Source: Candidatus Anderseniibacteriota bacterium (GTDB lineage Bacteria; Patescibacteriota; JAUYIX01). Taken from it: a stretch of 64,000 nt of DNA. Below are positions 8,371-18,037 of the stretch, in pieces. The DNA lies in assembly GCA_046350855.1 (NCBI GenBank), contig JAXLZM010000001.1, forward strand, positions 217,420 to 281,419, read 5' to 3'. Both the position numbers and the translations under genes were made by a program. The notes beneath the pieces are model-generated. The model did no database searches. It saw only the letters and a list, made by a program, of their open reading frames with translations, and was not told the DNA's origin. Numbering within the stretch: position 1 is the first letter of the stretch; the number at the start of each line of letters is the position of its first letter.

Positions 8371-10581
8371 CTAGGCAAAAAAGGCTCGCAACACAAACGG
8401 GGTCACGAGGACTGAGAGTAGCCCGAGCGTCGTGAGCAGCACGACCGTAGTTTTGAGTGAGAGTGTACGACGTAACCCGAGCGTCAAGACCACGAGCAAC
8501 CCGCCAACGATTGGGTAGAGGTAGCGCGCCTGTGGCTGAAAATAATCGCGATTGAGGTAGGCGAGGCCGGCAAGTTCTGCCAAAAAAGCAGCGGCCATCC
8601 AACGCGTCAAGCGACGACCAAGTCGTTGCGTCGTTTGCAAGTGCACCGCTCCCGCCACACCTAACGCGATCGGCACGAGGTAGGCCACGTAGAGTAAATC
8701 AGGCAACGGCACGGTCCAACTGCCATAGCGTCCGACAAACGTCTGCCAGAGCACCACCACAAACGAGAGAGCGTAGTTCCAGGTGACGTTCTCGCGGTAG
8801 GGTGCCAGCTCTGGGAGTTCTCCCAAGTGTACCTCTGGTAGTACGAGTCCAGTTTGGTGGTAGTTAAAAATCAGCCAGGCGATGAGTGGAATGCTCGCGA
8901 TCAAGAGCGTGCCCAACCAAATGCGGAAGTGGTGGGCTCGACGCGCCAAAAGCGTGATGGCCAATCCGAGGACGAGGACGGCGGGCGCGGCAAACAGTTT
9001 GGACAAAACGGCGGCCGAACCCGCCAGTGCGGCGACCAGGTACCAGGCGGTGCTCCGGGCGCGGGCGCTGTCACTGCGGCGCCAGAGGTGCACCAGGGCC
9101 AGGGTGAGCAGGCTGACAAAAATAAAGGCGAGTCCATCGTCGTTGATGGTGGCAAATTCGTGCGCGAGCATGGGCAGCGCCGCAAAGAGGAGCAGCGGCA
9201 CGACGCGCCAGCCGCTCGGCAAGACCAAGCGCGAGATCGTAAAGACGAGGTAGAGTTGTACCAGACCGAGCAGGATCGCAAAGAGCCGCAGCGAGTCGGT
9301 ACCGAGACCGAGTGGACGAACCATCTTGAGCCAGGTGGCTCCGGCTAGATAGTAGAGCGGGGGCTGGTGGGGTTCGCGATTGACACCAAAGTCGATGGGG
9401 AACGGCTGCGGCAAGCGCCCGTAATCGGTGACGTAGCGTACATAGGTAGTGTGGCTGTCTTCGTCGTTACCCGCCCCGCGGGGTAAGAGCACGGCGATGA
9501 TGGTAGAAAGCGACAAAAAGAGTGCCAAGGCTAGTGTCAGGATCGTTTTTTCTAGGGTGGTGAGTGGGGTGTTTTGGGCCCGACCAGAAAAAACGCGCGC
9601 CGTGGTGGCGTGTTCGGCCAGACGCGCGGCCCGCTCAGGTGGTGCAAAGCGCCGCCGCGCCAGCGTGCGCAAAAACAGGGCGCGCCAAGAGGCGTTGAGC
9701 GCCTCGAGTTGGCAGTAGATCCAAAAGCGCGCCGTTTTGAGCGGGCCGCGCCAGTAGCGACGGGTTACGTACCGCAAGGTCTTTTTAAATTCTTGCAGAC
9801 GAGCGCGGCTGGCCCGGGCTCCGCCATAGAGCTGTTCGCCTGATTTGTTATGAGCGTGCACAACCACGGCACTCCCCAGCACGTAGGTTTGCTGATTTTG
9901 GCGGGCTAGCCGCCAGCAGAGCTCGAGATCCTCTGAGTACAAAAAAATGTTCTTGTCGAGCACGGTCGGGCCAGCGCCCGCTCGTGGAGTGCGCTCAAAA
10001 AGGAGGGCCGCACCCCAGGCACAGTCAACGGGAACCAATCCTCCCGCCCGCACCCGGCGCTCAAGCAGTTTTTCGGCAAAAAAGAGTTTGGCAATCTGGG
10101 CCCAGATACTGGGGAACCGATAAAAATTGGGCTGAAAACTCCCGTCGGGATACTGCAGGCGCGGGGCTAGTGCCCCAAAGCGACGCGCACCACCTCGAGA
10201 GTCAGCCGGGTGCGGAGTGTTTAAGCGATCTGCCTCGGCCACCAGCGCATCCAGGGCACCGGCCGTGACCTCGGTATCGGGGTTGAGTAACAAAATGTAG
10301 CGGCCGCGGGCCTGCTGGATAGCGCGGTTGTTAGCTCGAGCAAAGCCTTCGTTTTGGGTGTTTTGCAGGAGGGTGATGTGCCCGTGCGTGCGGGCCCAAC
10401 CTGCAACGTGTTGGGCGGTGCCATCTCCGGAGGCATTATCTACCACAAAAACCTCGTGACTCGCACGCGGCGCGTGACGTGTAAGTGCTGCCAGGCAGCG
10501 CTCGATATACGCGCGTGATTTATAAGTGACGATGATAATGGAGAGATCGAAGGTCATACGGTCGGTCGCTCCGTACGCCAA
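8371..10581 (-). CDS. bifunctional glycosyltransferase: N-terminal GT2 domain fused to a large polytopic GT-C/PMT-like membrane domain
   Basis: N-terminus MTFDLSIIIVTYKSRAYIERCLAAL...VFVVDNASGDGT...LLLNPDTEV (GT2). The C-terminal ~400 aa has about 10 TM helices. Confidence 0.65.
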   Translation of the reverse strand: MAYGATDRMTFDLSIIIVTYKSRAYIERCLAALTRHAPRASHEVFVVDNASGDGTAQHVAGWARTHGHITLLQNTQNEGFARANNRAIQQARGRYILLLNPDTEVTAGALDALVAEADRLNTPHPADSRGGARRFGALAPRLQYPDGSFQPNFYRFPSIWAQIAKLFFAEKLLERRVRAGGLVPVDCAWGAALLFERTPRAGAGPTVLDKNIFLYSEDLELCWRLARQNQQTYVLGSAVVVHAHNKSGEQLYGGARASRARLQEFKKTLRYVTRRYWRGPLKTARFWIYCQLEALNASWRALFLRTLARRRFAPPERAARLAEHATTARVFSGRAQNTPLTTLEKTILTLALALFLSLSTIIAVLLPRGAGNDEDSHTTYVRYVTDYGRLPQPFPIDFGVNREPHQPPLYYLAGATWLKMVRPLGLGTDSLRLFAILLGLVQLYLVFTISRLVLPSGWRVVPLLLFAALPMLAHEFATINDDGLAFIFVSLLTLALVHLWRRSDSARARSTAWYLVAALAGSAAVLSKLFAAPAVLVLGLAITLLARRAHHFRIWLGTLLIASIPLIAWLIFNYHQTGLVLPEVHLGELPELAPYRENVTWNYALSFVVVLWQTFVGRYGSWTVPLPDLLYVAYLVPIALGVAGAVHLQTTQRLGRRLTRWMAAAFLAELAGLAYLNRDYFQPQARYLYPIVGGLLVVLTLGLRRTLSLKTTVVLLTTLGLLSVLVTPFVLRAFFA

Positions 10582-11676
10582 CGAGTGGCGGTCTCGCCCC
10601 GTAGATAATCGATCGCGCCTACCAGGCTAGCCACATTAGTCAGGACAAAAAAGGCCAGGGCCGCAAATGGACTAAAGAGCAACCCCAGTCCCGCGGCGAG
10701 GAGTGCCGCCACTTGGAGCACCAGCACCACCCCAAAGCCGGGTGCACCGACCAATACAAGTGCCAGCGTAGCGATCAAGGTCAAACCAAGCAGCTCGACC
10801 CCGATCCAGCGCAAAAACTTGTGCGAGAGGAGCAACATACACAATCCAGGTCGACGCAGCGGTGTGGCCGCACGCAGCAACAGTGGCAACGCGACAAAGC
10901 CTTGCGTCACGAGTCGGCGCTTACGCCGGAACTCCTGCCAGACCGAGGTAGTACTGGGCTCGAGCCCGACCGCCTCGGGCACATACTCCACACGTTTACC
11001 TCGGGCCACGAGCAAAACCGGTAGCACCAAATCACTGACCAAACGCGGCTGTAAACGGATATAGTCACTCCGTCGCACGGCATAAATCGGGCCGTTGACC
11101 CCGACCGTTGAGAGCAATCGACTCTCCCCTTGCTTAATCACGTGATCCAAGCGACGAGACATTATCATTAACCCGCTCGAGTTGGGTTGTGGCGTTTGAG
11201 TGGCTACGGATCAGGTGGAGCGCTCCCGTTGTTTACCGCGACAGGTGGTCCGCAAATGGCAAGGCAAGCGGCGGACCGCATGCGTTGCCGAAGAGATATT
11301 GCCATCCGAAAACGACGATCTCTGGTTTGCGGTTGTTGCACCCAGATATAGTGTACGATTTTGACATTCCGTTTTACCGATGCGACCTCATAGCGGATCA
11401 AACGATTTGAGGTTGGCCGGCGCGCGAGAGCCGCTGCAAGGTGCATTACCAACTGATCGGTCCCATCAGTTTGACCATCAAAAAACACGACGTCTCAGAA
11501 CCGCCTGACAGGTAATCTTGTATAAGCAGGGTTTTAAGAGTCGCCAAAATAGTGTCTCGCTCGTTATAGGCCGCGACCACGACATCGAGACACGGGGTAG
11601 TAGTTCTGAGCTGAGCCGCGGGGTTAGCAGCGGAGAGCGCCCCCTCCTGAGAAATAGTCAAAACGATCCAGAGCAA
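10554..11676 (-). pseudogene. GT2 glycosyltransferase gene fragmented over at least three frames
   Basis: The N-terminal piece is ...PCLDVVVAAYNERDTILATLKTLLIQDY (11676->11446). The middle piece is (V)FFDGQTDGTDQLV... (11488->11204), in another frame. The C-terminal piece is ...DHVIKQGESRLLSTVGVNGPIYAVRRSDYIRL...VWQEFRRKRR with TM helices (11168->10554). The junctions are consistent with single-base deletions. Confidence 0.6.
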
Positions 11677-11948
11677 AGGTAGCCCAAAAACGCATCGCCT
11701 TTAAGCCCAAGCTTAGATAAAAAATCACTTGCCAAATGAGCGTGGGCAGATGTACCGCGACACCGTTGCTTTGCCCCAGGCGCCGACGCAGTTCTCCCCC
11801 TAAGGGTCGCAAGCTCCGCATGTACGCGAGGTCATAAGGCTGACCGGTTGGCGTTCAGCCAACACCGCTTGGCGCGCGCAGCTTTCTCCATGATCCCACT
11901 CATCACGAGTGACCAGCGCGGAAACGTCCGCACCGGCTCGTAGGCCCG

Positions 11949-12695
11949 TCAAAAAGCTGCGTGGCCAACGGCACGCGGCCAGGGCAAGAGCCGCATGCCA
12001 AACCAGTAGTGGTTGCGCAGCTCCAAACGATCCCGATTGTAGTTGCGGCCAGCTGGTGTGACCTTATGGTAGACCTTGATGTCAGGCGTATACCAAATCT
12101 CGTAGCCGCGATCGAGCATGCGGTAGGAGAGGTCCTTCTCCTCGGTCGAATAAAAATAGCGCTCGGGGTATAAACCGGTCTCGTTGAGCGCGCTGGCCCG
12201 AATAGCATGGCCGGCCCCGGGATAGTAATAGGTCTCAAACGGTCGCGCCCGATCTCGCGCTGGCAATCGGCCCGGAAACCCCCAGTGCAAATTTTTGTCG
12301 GGCGTAAAATAGCTGCGCTCCTCAAAGGCCAGCACCCCCAGCATCGGTTTAACCCTAAAATATTGTACGATCCGCTCGGTCGCACGCACGTCACGGTAGC
12401 TGGCATCGTCGTCCACGCAGACGATAATCTCGCCCCGCGCCACGCGCATCCCAGCATTACGACCCCCCGCCACCCCCAAATTTTTGCTCGGCTGAACCAC
12501 GCGCACCCAACCAAATCGCTCGCGCAAGAGCTGCAAGGTAGGTTCATCCGGGCCATTGACGACCACAATGACCTCGAGCGGTTTGTAGGTTTGCTGCGCG
12601 AGAGCGACAAGATTTTCGGCGAGGTCGGCCGTGCGGTTACGCGTCAAAATCACGTAGCTAACCAGGGGGCTCAGGGCCGATTGGGCGACTTCCAT
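11949..12695 (-). CDS. GT2 glycosyltransferase (rhamnosyltransferase-like); C-terminus possibly truncated or shifted
   Basis: SYVILTRNRTADLAENLVALAQQTYKPLEVIVVVNGPDEPT...NLGVAGGRNAGM...IIVCVDDDAS. It ends abruptly at ...RNHYWFGMRLLPWPRAVGHAAF*. A plausible continuation (HLPTLIWQVIFYLSLGL...) lies in another frame at 11821->11624. Confidence 0.6.
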   Translation of the reverse strand: MEVAQSALSPLVSYVILTRNRTADLAENLVALAQQTYKPLEVIVVVNGPDEPTLQLLRERFGWVRVVQPSKNLGVAGGRNAGMRVARGEIIVCVDDDASYRDVRATERIVQYFRVKPMLGVLAFEERSYFTPDKNLHWGFPGRLPARDRARPFETYYYPGAGHAIRASALNETGLYPERYFYSTEEKDLSYRMLDRGYEIWYTPDIKVYHKVTPAGRNYNRDRLELRNHYWFGMRLLPWPRAVGHAAF

Positions 12696-12928
12696 AGTCG
12701 ACGGAGTATGTCAGGATTGGTCTGGTTTTTCAAGGGCCTAAGCCAAAACAAAAAGGCCGGCTGGAAGTTTCCAACACGGCCTCATGATGACGACACGACG
12801 GACGCAGAGCTAGTGCTCCTTGTGGAGCAACTCGAACGGCTTGCGCACCTTGCGCTTGACCCGCACGCCGCCGGTGACGATGACGTACCCGAGACCCGTC
12901 ACGATCAGGACGGTGATGACCAAGATCT

Positions 12929-13180
12929 TCAGTTCGAGGATGAGGTATGGTCCTTTCGGTCGGTGCGCAGCCGGACGAACTCCAGCAGTACGCCACACGC
13001 GACAATTGCGAGAACCGCGACTCCAATGCCAGCACCACAGAGGTAGACCGGGATGACGCCGATGTAGCCCTGCATGGTGAGCATGCCGCTGATGCCGGCG
13101 GCCACCACGCAGACCAAGAACACGACGATGAAGTTGACGATCCAGGTTTGTAGTTTTTTCTCGGTGGTCTCCAGGGACAT
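12929..13180 (-). CDS. small hydrophobic membrane protein
   Basis: An 83-aa ORF with 2-3 TM helices. An overlapping ORF 12998->12810 in another frame adds a further TM helix, so this may be one gene with a frameshift or two short genes. Confidence 0.4.
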   Translation of the reverse strand: MSLETTEKKLQTWIVNFIVVFLVCVVAAGISGMLTMQGYIGVIPVYLCGAGIGVAVLAIVACGVLLEFVRLRTDRKDHTSSSN

Positions 13181-13184
13181 TGTG

Positions 13185-13415
13185 CTACTCCTTGTCGATC
13201 TGGGCCTCGGCGGGAGCCGACTTGAGTAGGCTCGGGTAGAACATGATCACCAGGCCGACCAGCGTGGTCAGGCTGATGGTGAAGATCTCGAGCGCGATCC
13301 GCGAGTAGCGGATGTGCCCAATGTAGTTGAGGTCGTCCCCGATCAAGAACTGACCGGAGAGAAAGGCAACGAGACAGACAAAGCCGAGAATCTCGAGGGC
13401 GAGGCGACGGTTCAT
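13185..13415 (-). CDS. small membrane protein
   Basis: MNRRLALEILGFVCLVAFLSGQFLIGDDLNYIGHIRYSRIALEIFTISLTTLVGLVIMFYP... (76 aa from the ATG at 13415). Confidence 0.4.
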   Translation of the reverse strand: MNRRLALEILGFVCLVAFLSGQFLIGDDLNYIGHIRYSRIALEIFTISLTTLVGLVIMFYPSLLKSAPAEAQIDKE

Positions 13416-13590
13416 GGATCCTCCTTGGAGCTCTAGGGTGTGTCGATATTCCTGTGTCCGTGCTGGCCTTTTGGGGTGTCTAGTAGTCACAAAAAAAACC
13501 AACAGGGGCACAGGACTGTCAAAGAACTGACTCAAAAAACTAGCACAATTTAGGCCCAAAGTCAACCGGGCTTTTTTTGCCCCGGGAGGC

Positions 13591-15591
13591 CTAGCGCAGC
13601 TGCCGCAGGGCAAAAAGAACCTGTTGCTGCAAGGTCTTTTGGAGCGCTGCATCACCCAGCTGCAGATAGAGCAGCCCCGGGAGGTAGCCAAGATAGGCGG
13701 TGTTTTTAGTGGGATTGATGGCTAAGAGTGCCCCGTCTTGTGCCTCAAGATAGGTCGTCGTACCCGGGCCCGCCGTGACGGCCTGCAGGGTGCGTAGACC
13801 CTCGGATTTATTTTGCTCGAGCACGGCATCGCCAATCGTCACGGTTTGTCCGACCGTTTGCGGATCGATTGCGGTGCTCACGCGCGCGGTCGTGGCCTTA
13901 CCCGATTGCAGGCCGGTTAGACCGAACCATTCTTGAATTTGTTGCGCGTCTCGCTCACCGGTCAGGGAGAACTCCGCAAAGCGCATGTCCGCAATGAGGT
14001 TGCCGCCCCGCGCGTGCCAGGCCTTGATCGTAGCCAAGGTCGGCTCGGGCACCACAAACTGGTAGGGTGCAATCAAGGTGTCGTAGTCCGCCAACCGTCC
14101 CGCAGCGATAGCCTCGTCCGACAAGACCGCCACGGGTACTCCCGCCTCCTCGAGCAACTTAAACATCCCCTGCAGATTAGTCTGCCAAAAGTCATAGGGC
14201 TCCCCCGCCTTGGTAAATTCTCGGCTGGCATGCACGCCATAGGCCATCCAGCGTGAGGCCAAGAGCGCCACCGGTTTTTGCGTAAAGGCTGTACGCTCGG
14301 CCATGGTCTGCTTGAGCGTACGTTGCCAAGTGTACGTGCCATCTTTGTCCCACTGCTGCAAAAAGTTTGCGACGCCCAATCCGGCAGAACCGTTACGCAT
14401 AGCCCAGCGGATGCTCTCTTGGACGATGACATCCCGCCGCTGGCCAACCTCGGGTGGAGCAATTGGTTCAACCGAATCCTCATAGATCACCGTGGCCCCA
14501 TTACCCCGGGCGTGACTGACCATAACGCCGACGATAGAGGGATCGCTGATGCTGCCGTCACCGGTCAAGTGGTGGCAGTCCACCGCGACGATGTCGGCAT
14601 AGCGCGCCACCAACTCCAACGGACTGGTAAAGATCGCGTCAATTTTGGTGAGGACCTCGCCAAAGTGGAGGTAGACTTTGCCACCCGCGCGCTTAATAGT
14701 TTGACTAGCACCCTGCACCGCGGACTCCAGGGCCCGCTCGCGGAACTGCATCAAGTCGACAAAACGCGGATCGAGATCGGGATTGAGGCCAACCTGGTTG
14801 TAGTCAACCCGCAGCATGGGCGCTTCGGCAAAACTGGTGTAACTAGTGTGCCAGCGGGCGTTGAGCGCAGTGACAGTGCCGTACTCGTCCTGTAAATACT
14901 CCGCAAACTCCGCGCGCGCACTTGGCCCATAGTCCTGCCACTTAAACCCCTGCTGCGCAAAACGTGTCTCCATTTGGTTGTTGAGGTTGGGGTTAAAGGC
15001 CAGCATGCGGTCACCATAGCGGCTTGTATAATGCTGAACAGCCTCGCGCAGGTAGCTCTGATAGGCCTCGTTGCCGGCCTTGTGTGTAAACGAGAGTTGC
15101 GGATAGTGCGTGCCGTCAAAATCTTGTGAGGCGGCCTCGGGGTAGCGTTCAAAGAGCCAGGTAGGGGCGGCTTGGTACTCCGGCTTAGTTTGGTCCGTAC
15201 CAAAGAGCATGCCGGCGTCGAGCACGAGGATTACATTAAGTCCATGGTCGCGGACGTGGTCGAGGTAAGGATCGTAGCTCGCAAATTCAAACTGGCCCGG
15301 GGTGTGCTCGACGCCTTGCCAGGGCACGTCGGTGATAATAGTGTTGGCACCCCAAGATTTGATATCGTCCAAAAAGCGATCCCAGGAGGTCAGGTTGGCG
15401 TGTTCGGCCTGCCAACTCCAAATAGAAAAATACACGATCGGCTCGTTGTTGGCGGTTTTTAGGGTTGGGCGTTGTTCGACATACGGCGTATTGGTCGGAA
15501 CGGCCGTATGCGAGCGCCAGTACCAAACCCCAAAACCTCCCGCAATCAAGAGGAGTGCTAGGCTTAAAAAGATGAGGAGGTTACGGCGCAT
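13591..15591 (-). CDS. membrane-anchored glycoside hydrolase, GH42-like (beta-galactosidase family)
   Basis: N-terminal TM anchor. ...DVPWQGVEHTPGQFEFASYDPYLDHVRDHGLNVILVL matches the GH42 TIM-barrel, and ...YDTLIAPYQFVVPEPTLATIKAWHARGGNLIA matches the GH42 middle domain. Confidence 0.55.
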   Translation of the reverse strand: MRRNLLIFLSLALLLIAGGFGVWYWRSHTAVPTNTPYVEQRPTLKTANNEPIVYFSIWSWQAEHANLTSWDRFLDDIKSWGANTIITDVPWQGVEHTPGQFEFASYDPYLDHVRDHGLNVILVLDAGMLFGTDQTKPEYQAAPTWLFERYPEAASQDFDGTHYPQLSFTHKAGNEAYQSYLREAVQHYTSRYGDRMLAFNPNLNNQMETRFAQQGFKWQDYGPSARAEFAEYLQDEYGTVTALNARWHTSYTSFAEAPMLRVDYNQVGLNPDLDPRFVDLMQFRERALESAVQGASQTIKRAGGKVYLHFGEVLTKIDAIFTSPLELVARYADIVAVDCHHLTGDGSISDPSIVGVMVSHARGNGATVIYEDSVEPIAPPEVGQRRDVIVQESIRWAMRNGSAGLGVANFLQQWDKDGTYTWQRTLKQTMAERTAFTQKPVALLASRWMAYGVHASREFTKAGEPYDFWQTNLQGMFKLLEEAGVPVAVLSDEAIAAGRLADYDTLIAPYQFVVPEPTLATIKAWHARGGNLIADMRFAEFSLTGERDAQQIQEWFGLTGLQSGKATTARVSTAIDPQTVGQTVTIGDAVLEQNKSEGLRTLQAVTAGPGTTTYLEAQDGALLAINPTKNTAYLGYLPGLLYLQLGDAALQKTLQQQVLFALRQLR

Positions 15592-18037
15592 GGCGTTTTT
15601 TCTTGATCAAAAAAATACAGAGGGGAACGGTGATGAGCAGAATCAATCCTAACACGGACAAGCCCTTACCGTAGCGGATAGAACGCGGCTCGTAGCGCAA
15701 CTCGATGCGGTGCGGACCGGCGTGGACAAAGACGGCTCTAAAATTGAGGTCGGCTTGCTCGATCTCGGTTGGCACCTCGTCCACGTACGCCACCCAGCCG
15801 GGGTAATAGGTATCGGAGACCACGACGTACTGGTCGGCCGGGGCGGTCAAGAGTAGCGAGAGAGAGTTATTTTTGTAAGACTCGAGTGTGATCGGGACCG
15901 TGCGGTCGACCCGCTCGGGGTAGGCAAAAAAGGAGAGGTCGCTCGCCAAAAAAGCCCGCGGCCAGACGCGTAGGTTCTCATAGAGAATAAAATCCGGGGT
16001 TTGCAGCACGGGTCGGTACGAGGGTAGTTCTTCCGGACGAAGGCCCATGATCGTAACCAACTCGTACTCGTCGCGCGCCAAGATGTAGCGCACCCCAATG
16101 GCACTGAGATACTGCGCTTGCGCGGCGGTAATCCCCTGGCTGTTACCGAGCGAGGCGACGTAGGTACTAAAGGCACGCTGCTGATCAGCCACCCCGAGCG
16201 AGTCGTAGACCCGCGGATCCAAAAAGCCGTAGTACATGCCGAGGTTGGGCCAGACGTGTGCGGTACTGGAGATCGACATAAAACGGTCGACCCGCGCCTG
16301 CTGTTGGAGGTAGCGCAGGAGAGGCGTGACGGGATAGTGCTGGGCGGGTGTGGTGGCGGGCTGGTACCAGAGTCCGTGTAAGCCGGTCTCAGCCAGCATG
16401 ACGAGGGCAGCCACCCCAAACGCAACCCAACGCCAGCGGGTCAAGGCAAAGACGAGAGCGAGGAGCCCCGCGTCGAGCGCAATAAACGGTAGCACCCAGT
16501 GCAGATAGCGTAGGTAGGTCGTCGTGAGTTCCCCACTCGGCAGAACCTGCTCCATCCCCACCAAAAACGTGAGGACGGTTGCCGCACCGAGAAGGGTCAG
16601 TGCACCCGTCACACCGATCCAACGTGCGGTCCGGCTGGCCCGCCGCTCGATCAGGTTCGACCAAAAGAGAGCTGCTAAGACACAGAGAGCAAACGCGGCC
16701 GCAAACAGCAAGCGAATGTGATTGGTGCTATCGAGGAGCGGTACGCGCGTGAGCAAAGTAAACCAGTGGGGTGCGTGATAGACCAACCCAAGAGTGCCGG
16801 CTAGGAGTGCCACAAAAAACCAAACACGTTTGCTCCTGGCACAGGCAACGATCCCCGCCAGAGCACTCCCCACCACGAGCAAACCGACGTAACCGGAGGT
16901 GACATCGTTGTAGTTGGTGGCACTCGCCACAAACCCTGGCACCTGGGCGAGGCCGTGCCAGGCCTGGTTACCGAGCAGATCCGGAACCACATTGAGACCG
17001 ATGTAGCGCACCAAGAGCCAGTAGGGATTTTGTGCCAGGGAACTGCGGGCGACTAGTTCAAAACTGTGCTGGAGGTACTCGATAAAGGGCAGCAATTGCA
17101 CGCCGGTGAGTGCTAGACCGACTAGGCCTGCCAACAGTAAGCCGAGTGCGACACCCAGTTTGCGGCGCCAGTGTTTGAGCCCGCCTGTTGGGCCGTACGT
17201 TTTAAAAAGCAAGATCGCCAGCGCGTAGGCAACAATAATCAAAGCGCAGTGGGTAAAGGTCTGCACGTGCCCGGCCAAAAATCCAGCCGCGAGCGCTAGC
17301 GCAAAGCCGACGTAGTTGCGCAGCTGACTAGGGTGATTGGTGGCACGTTCTACTAGCCAAAGACCCAGCGGCAAAAAGAACATCACCGTCGGGATCGGCC
17401 AGTAGAGCCAGACCATGTTGCTGCCCGCAAACATAAAGGCGGCCGCGCCAAAGAGCGCGGGCAGATGTCGCACCCGGATCTCGCGTAGGTAGCAGTAGGT
17501 AAAAAAGCCGATCAAAAACAATTTGGCCGCCATAGCGAGCAAGAGTCCCCACTTGTACCCGAGGACGATCACAAGCCAGGTCAGCGGGTAAAACAATGCG
17601 GACTGAGAGTTGGCTACGTGGGGGACACCGTTACCTTGGTAGGGGTTCCACCAAGGAAACTCACCTTCTTTGAGTGAGCGCCGATCAAATTGGTACCAGG
17701 GTTCAAACTGTAAAATTGCATCGCCGGAGAGGGGATTTTGCGGTTGAACAGCGGGGGAGTCGCTCGTCTCTGGTGGAGCCGTTCCGCCGCTGGCCGCTGG
17801 CTCAGCGAGTCGCGTGGTCGACTCAATTTGTAAAATGTCGGCAGGGGAGTTGAGCCTGTCGGTAAAAAGGGTCCGCGCAAAAAATCCGACCAACAAGAGC
17901 AGTAGGATCGCCGCCGCCCAAAGATATCGAGAACGCAAAAAACGGAGCAGTAACCGTAGCGCCACTCGCCCACCGGCCAGCATTTTTTGTGAAATTTCTC
18001 TCGTCTTAGAAAGCTTGCTTGAGGGCACGTTCAACAT
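15581..18037 (-). CDS. YfhO-family membrane glycosyltransferase (GT-C fold)
   Basis: An 818-aa polytopic membrane protein with a C-terminal soluble domain, the size and architecture of YfhO. The true start may be the internal Met near 17983. Confidence 0.55.
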   Translation of the reverse strand: MLNVPSSKLSKTREISQKMLAGGRVALRLLLRFLRSRYLWAAAILLLLLVGFFARTLFTDRLNSPADILQIESTTRLAEPAASGGTAPPETSDSPAVQPQNPLSGDAILQFEPWYQFDRRSLKEGEFPWWNPYQGNGVPHVANSQSALFYPLTWLVIVLGYKWGLLLAMAAKLFLIGFFTYCYLREIRVRHLPALFGAAAFMFAGSNMVWLYWPIPTVMFFLPLGLWLVERATNHPSQLRNYVGFALALAAGFLAGHVQTFTHCALIIVAYALAILLFKTYGPTGGLKHWRRKLGVALGLLLAGLVGLALTGVQLLPFIEYLQHSFELVARSSLAQNPYWLLVRYIGLNVVPDLLGNQAWHGLAQVPGFVASATNYNDVTSGYVGLLVVGSALAGIVACARSKRVWFFVALLAGTLGLVYHAPHWFTLLTRVPLLDSTNHIRLLFAAAFALCVLAALFWSNLIERRASRTARWIGVTGALTLLGAATVLTFLVGMEQVLPSGELTTTYLRYLHWVLPFIALDAGLLALVFALTRWRWVAFGVAALVMLAETGLHGLWYQPATTPAQHYPVTPLLRYLQQQARVDRFMSISSTAHVWPNLGMYYGFLDPRVYDSLGVADQQRAFSTYVASLGNSQGITAAQAQYLSAIGVRYILARDEYELVTIMGLRPEELPSYRPVLQTPDFILYENLRVWPRAFLASDLSFFAYPERVDRTVPITLESYKNNSLSLLLTAPADQYVVVSDTYYPGWVAYVDEVPTEIEQADLNFRAVFVHAGPHRIELRYEPRSIRYGKGLSVLGLILLITVPLCIFLIKKKRHAP

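Noticed and set aside
11903-12610. A 235-aa minus-strand ORF overlapping the GT2 gene in another frame
   Set aside because: An alternative frame of the same region with Cys/Trp/Arg-rich composition. The GT2 frame carries the recognisable motifs.
12207-13046. A 279-aa plus-strand ORF
   Set aside because: It is antisense to the GT2 gene 11949..12695 and the small membrane-protein genes, with R/H/P-rich low-complexity composition typical of GC-rich shadow ORFs.
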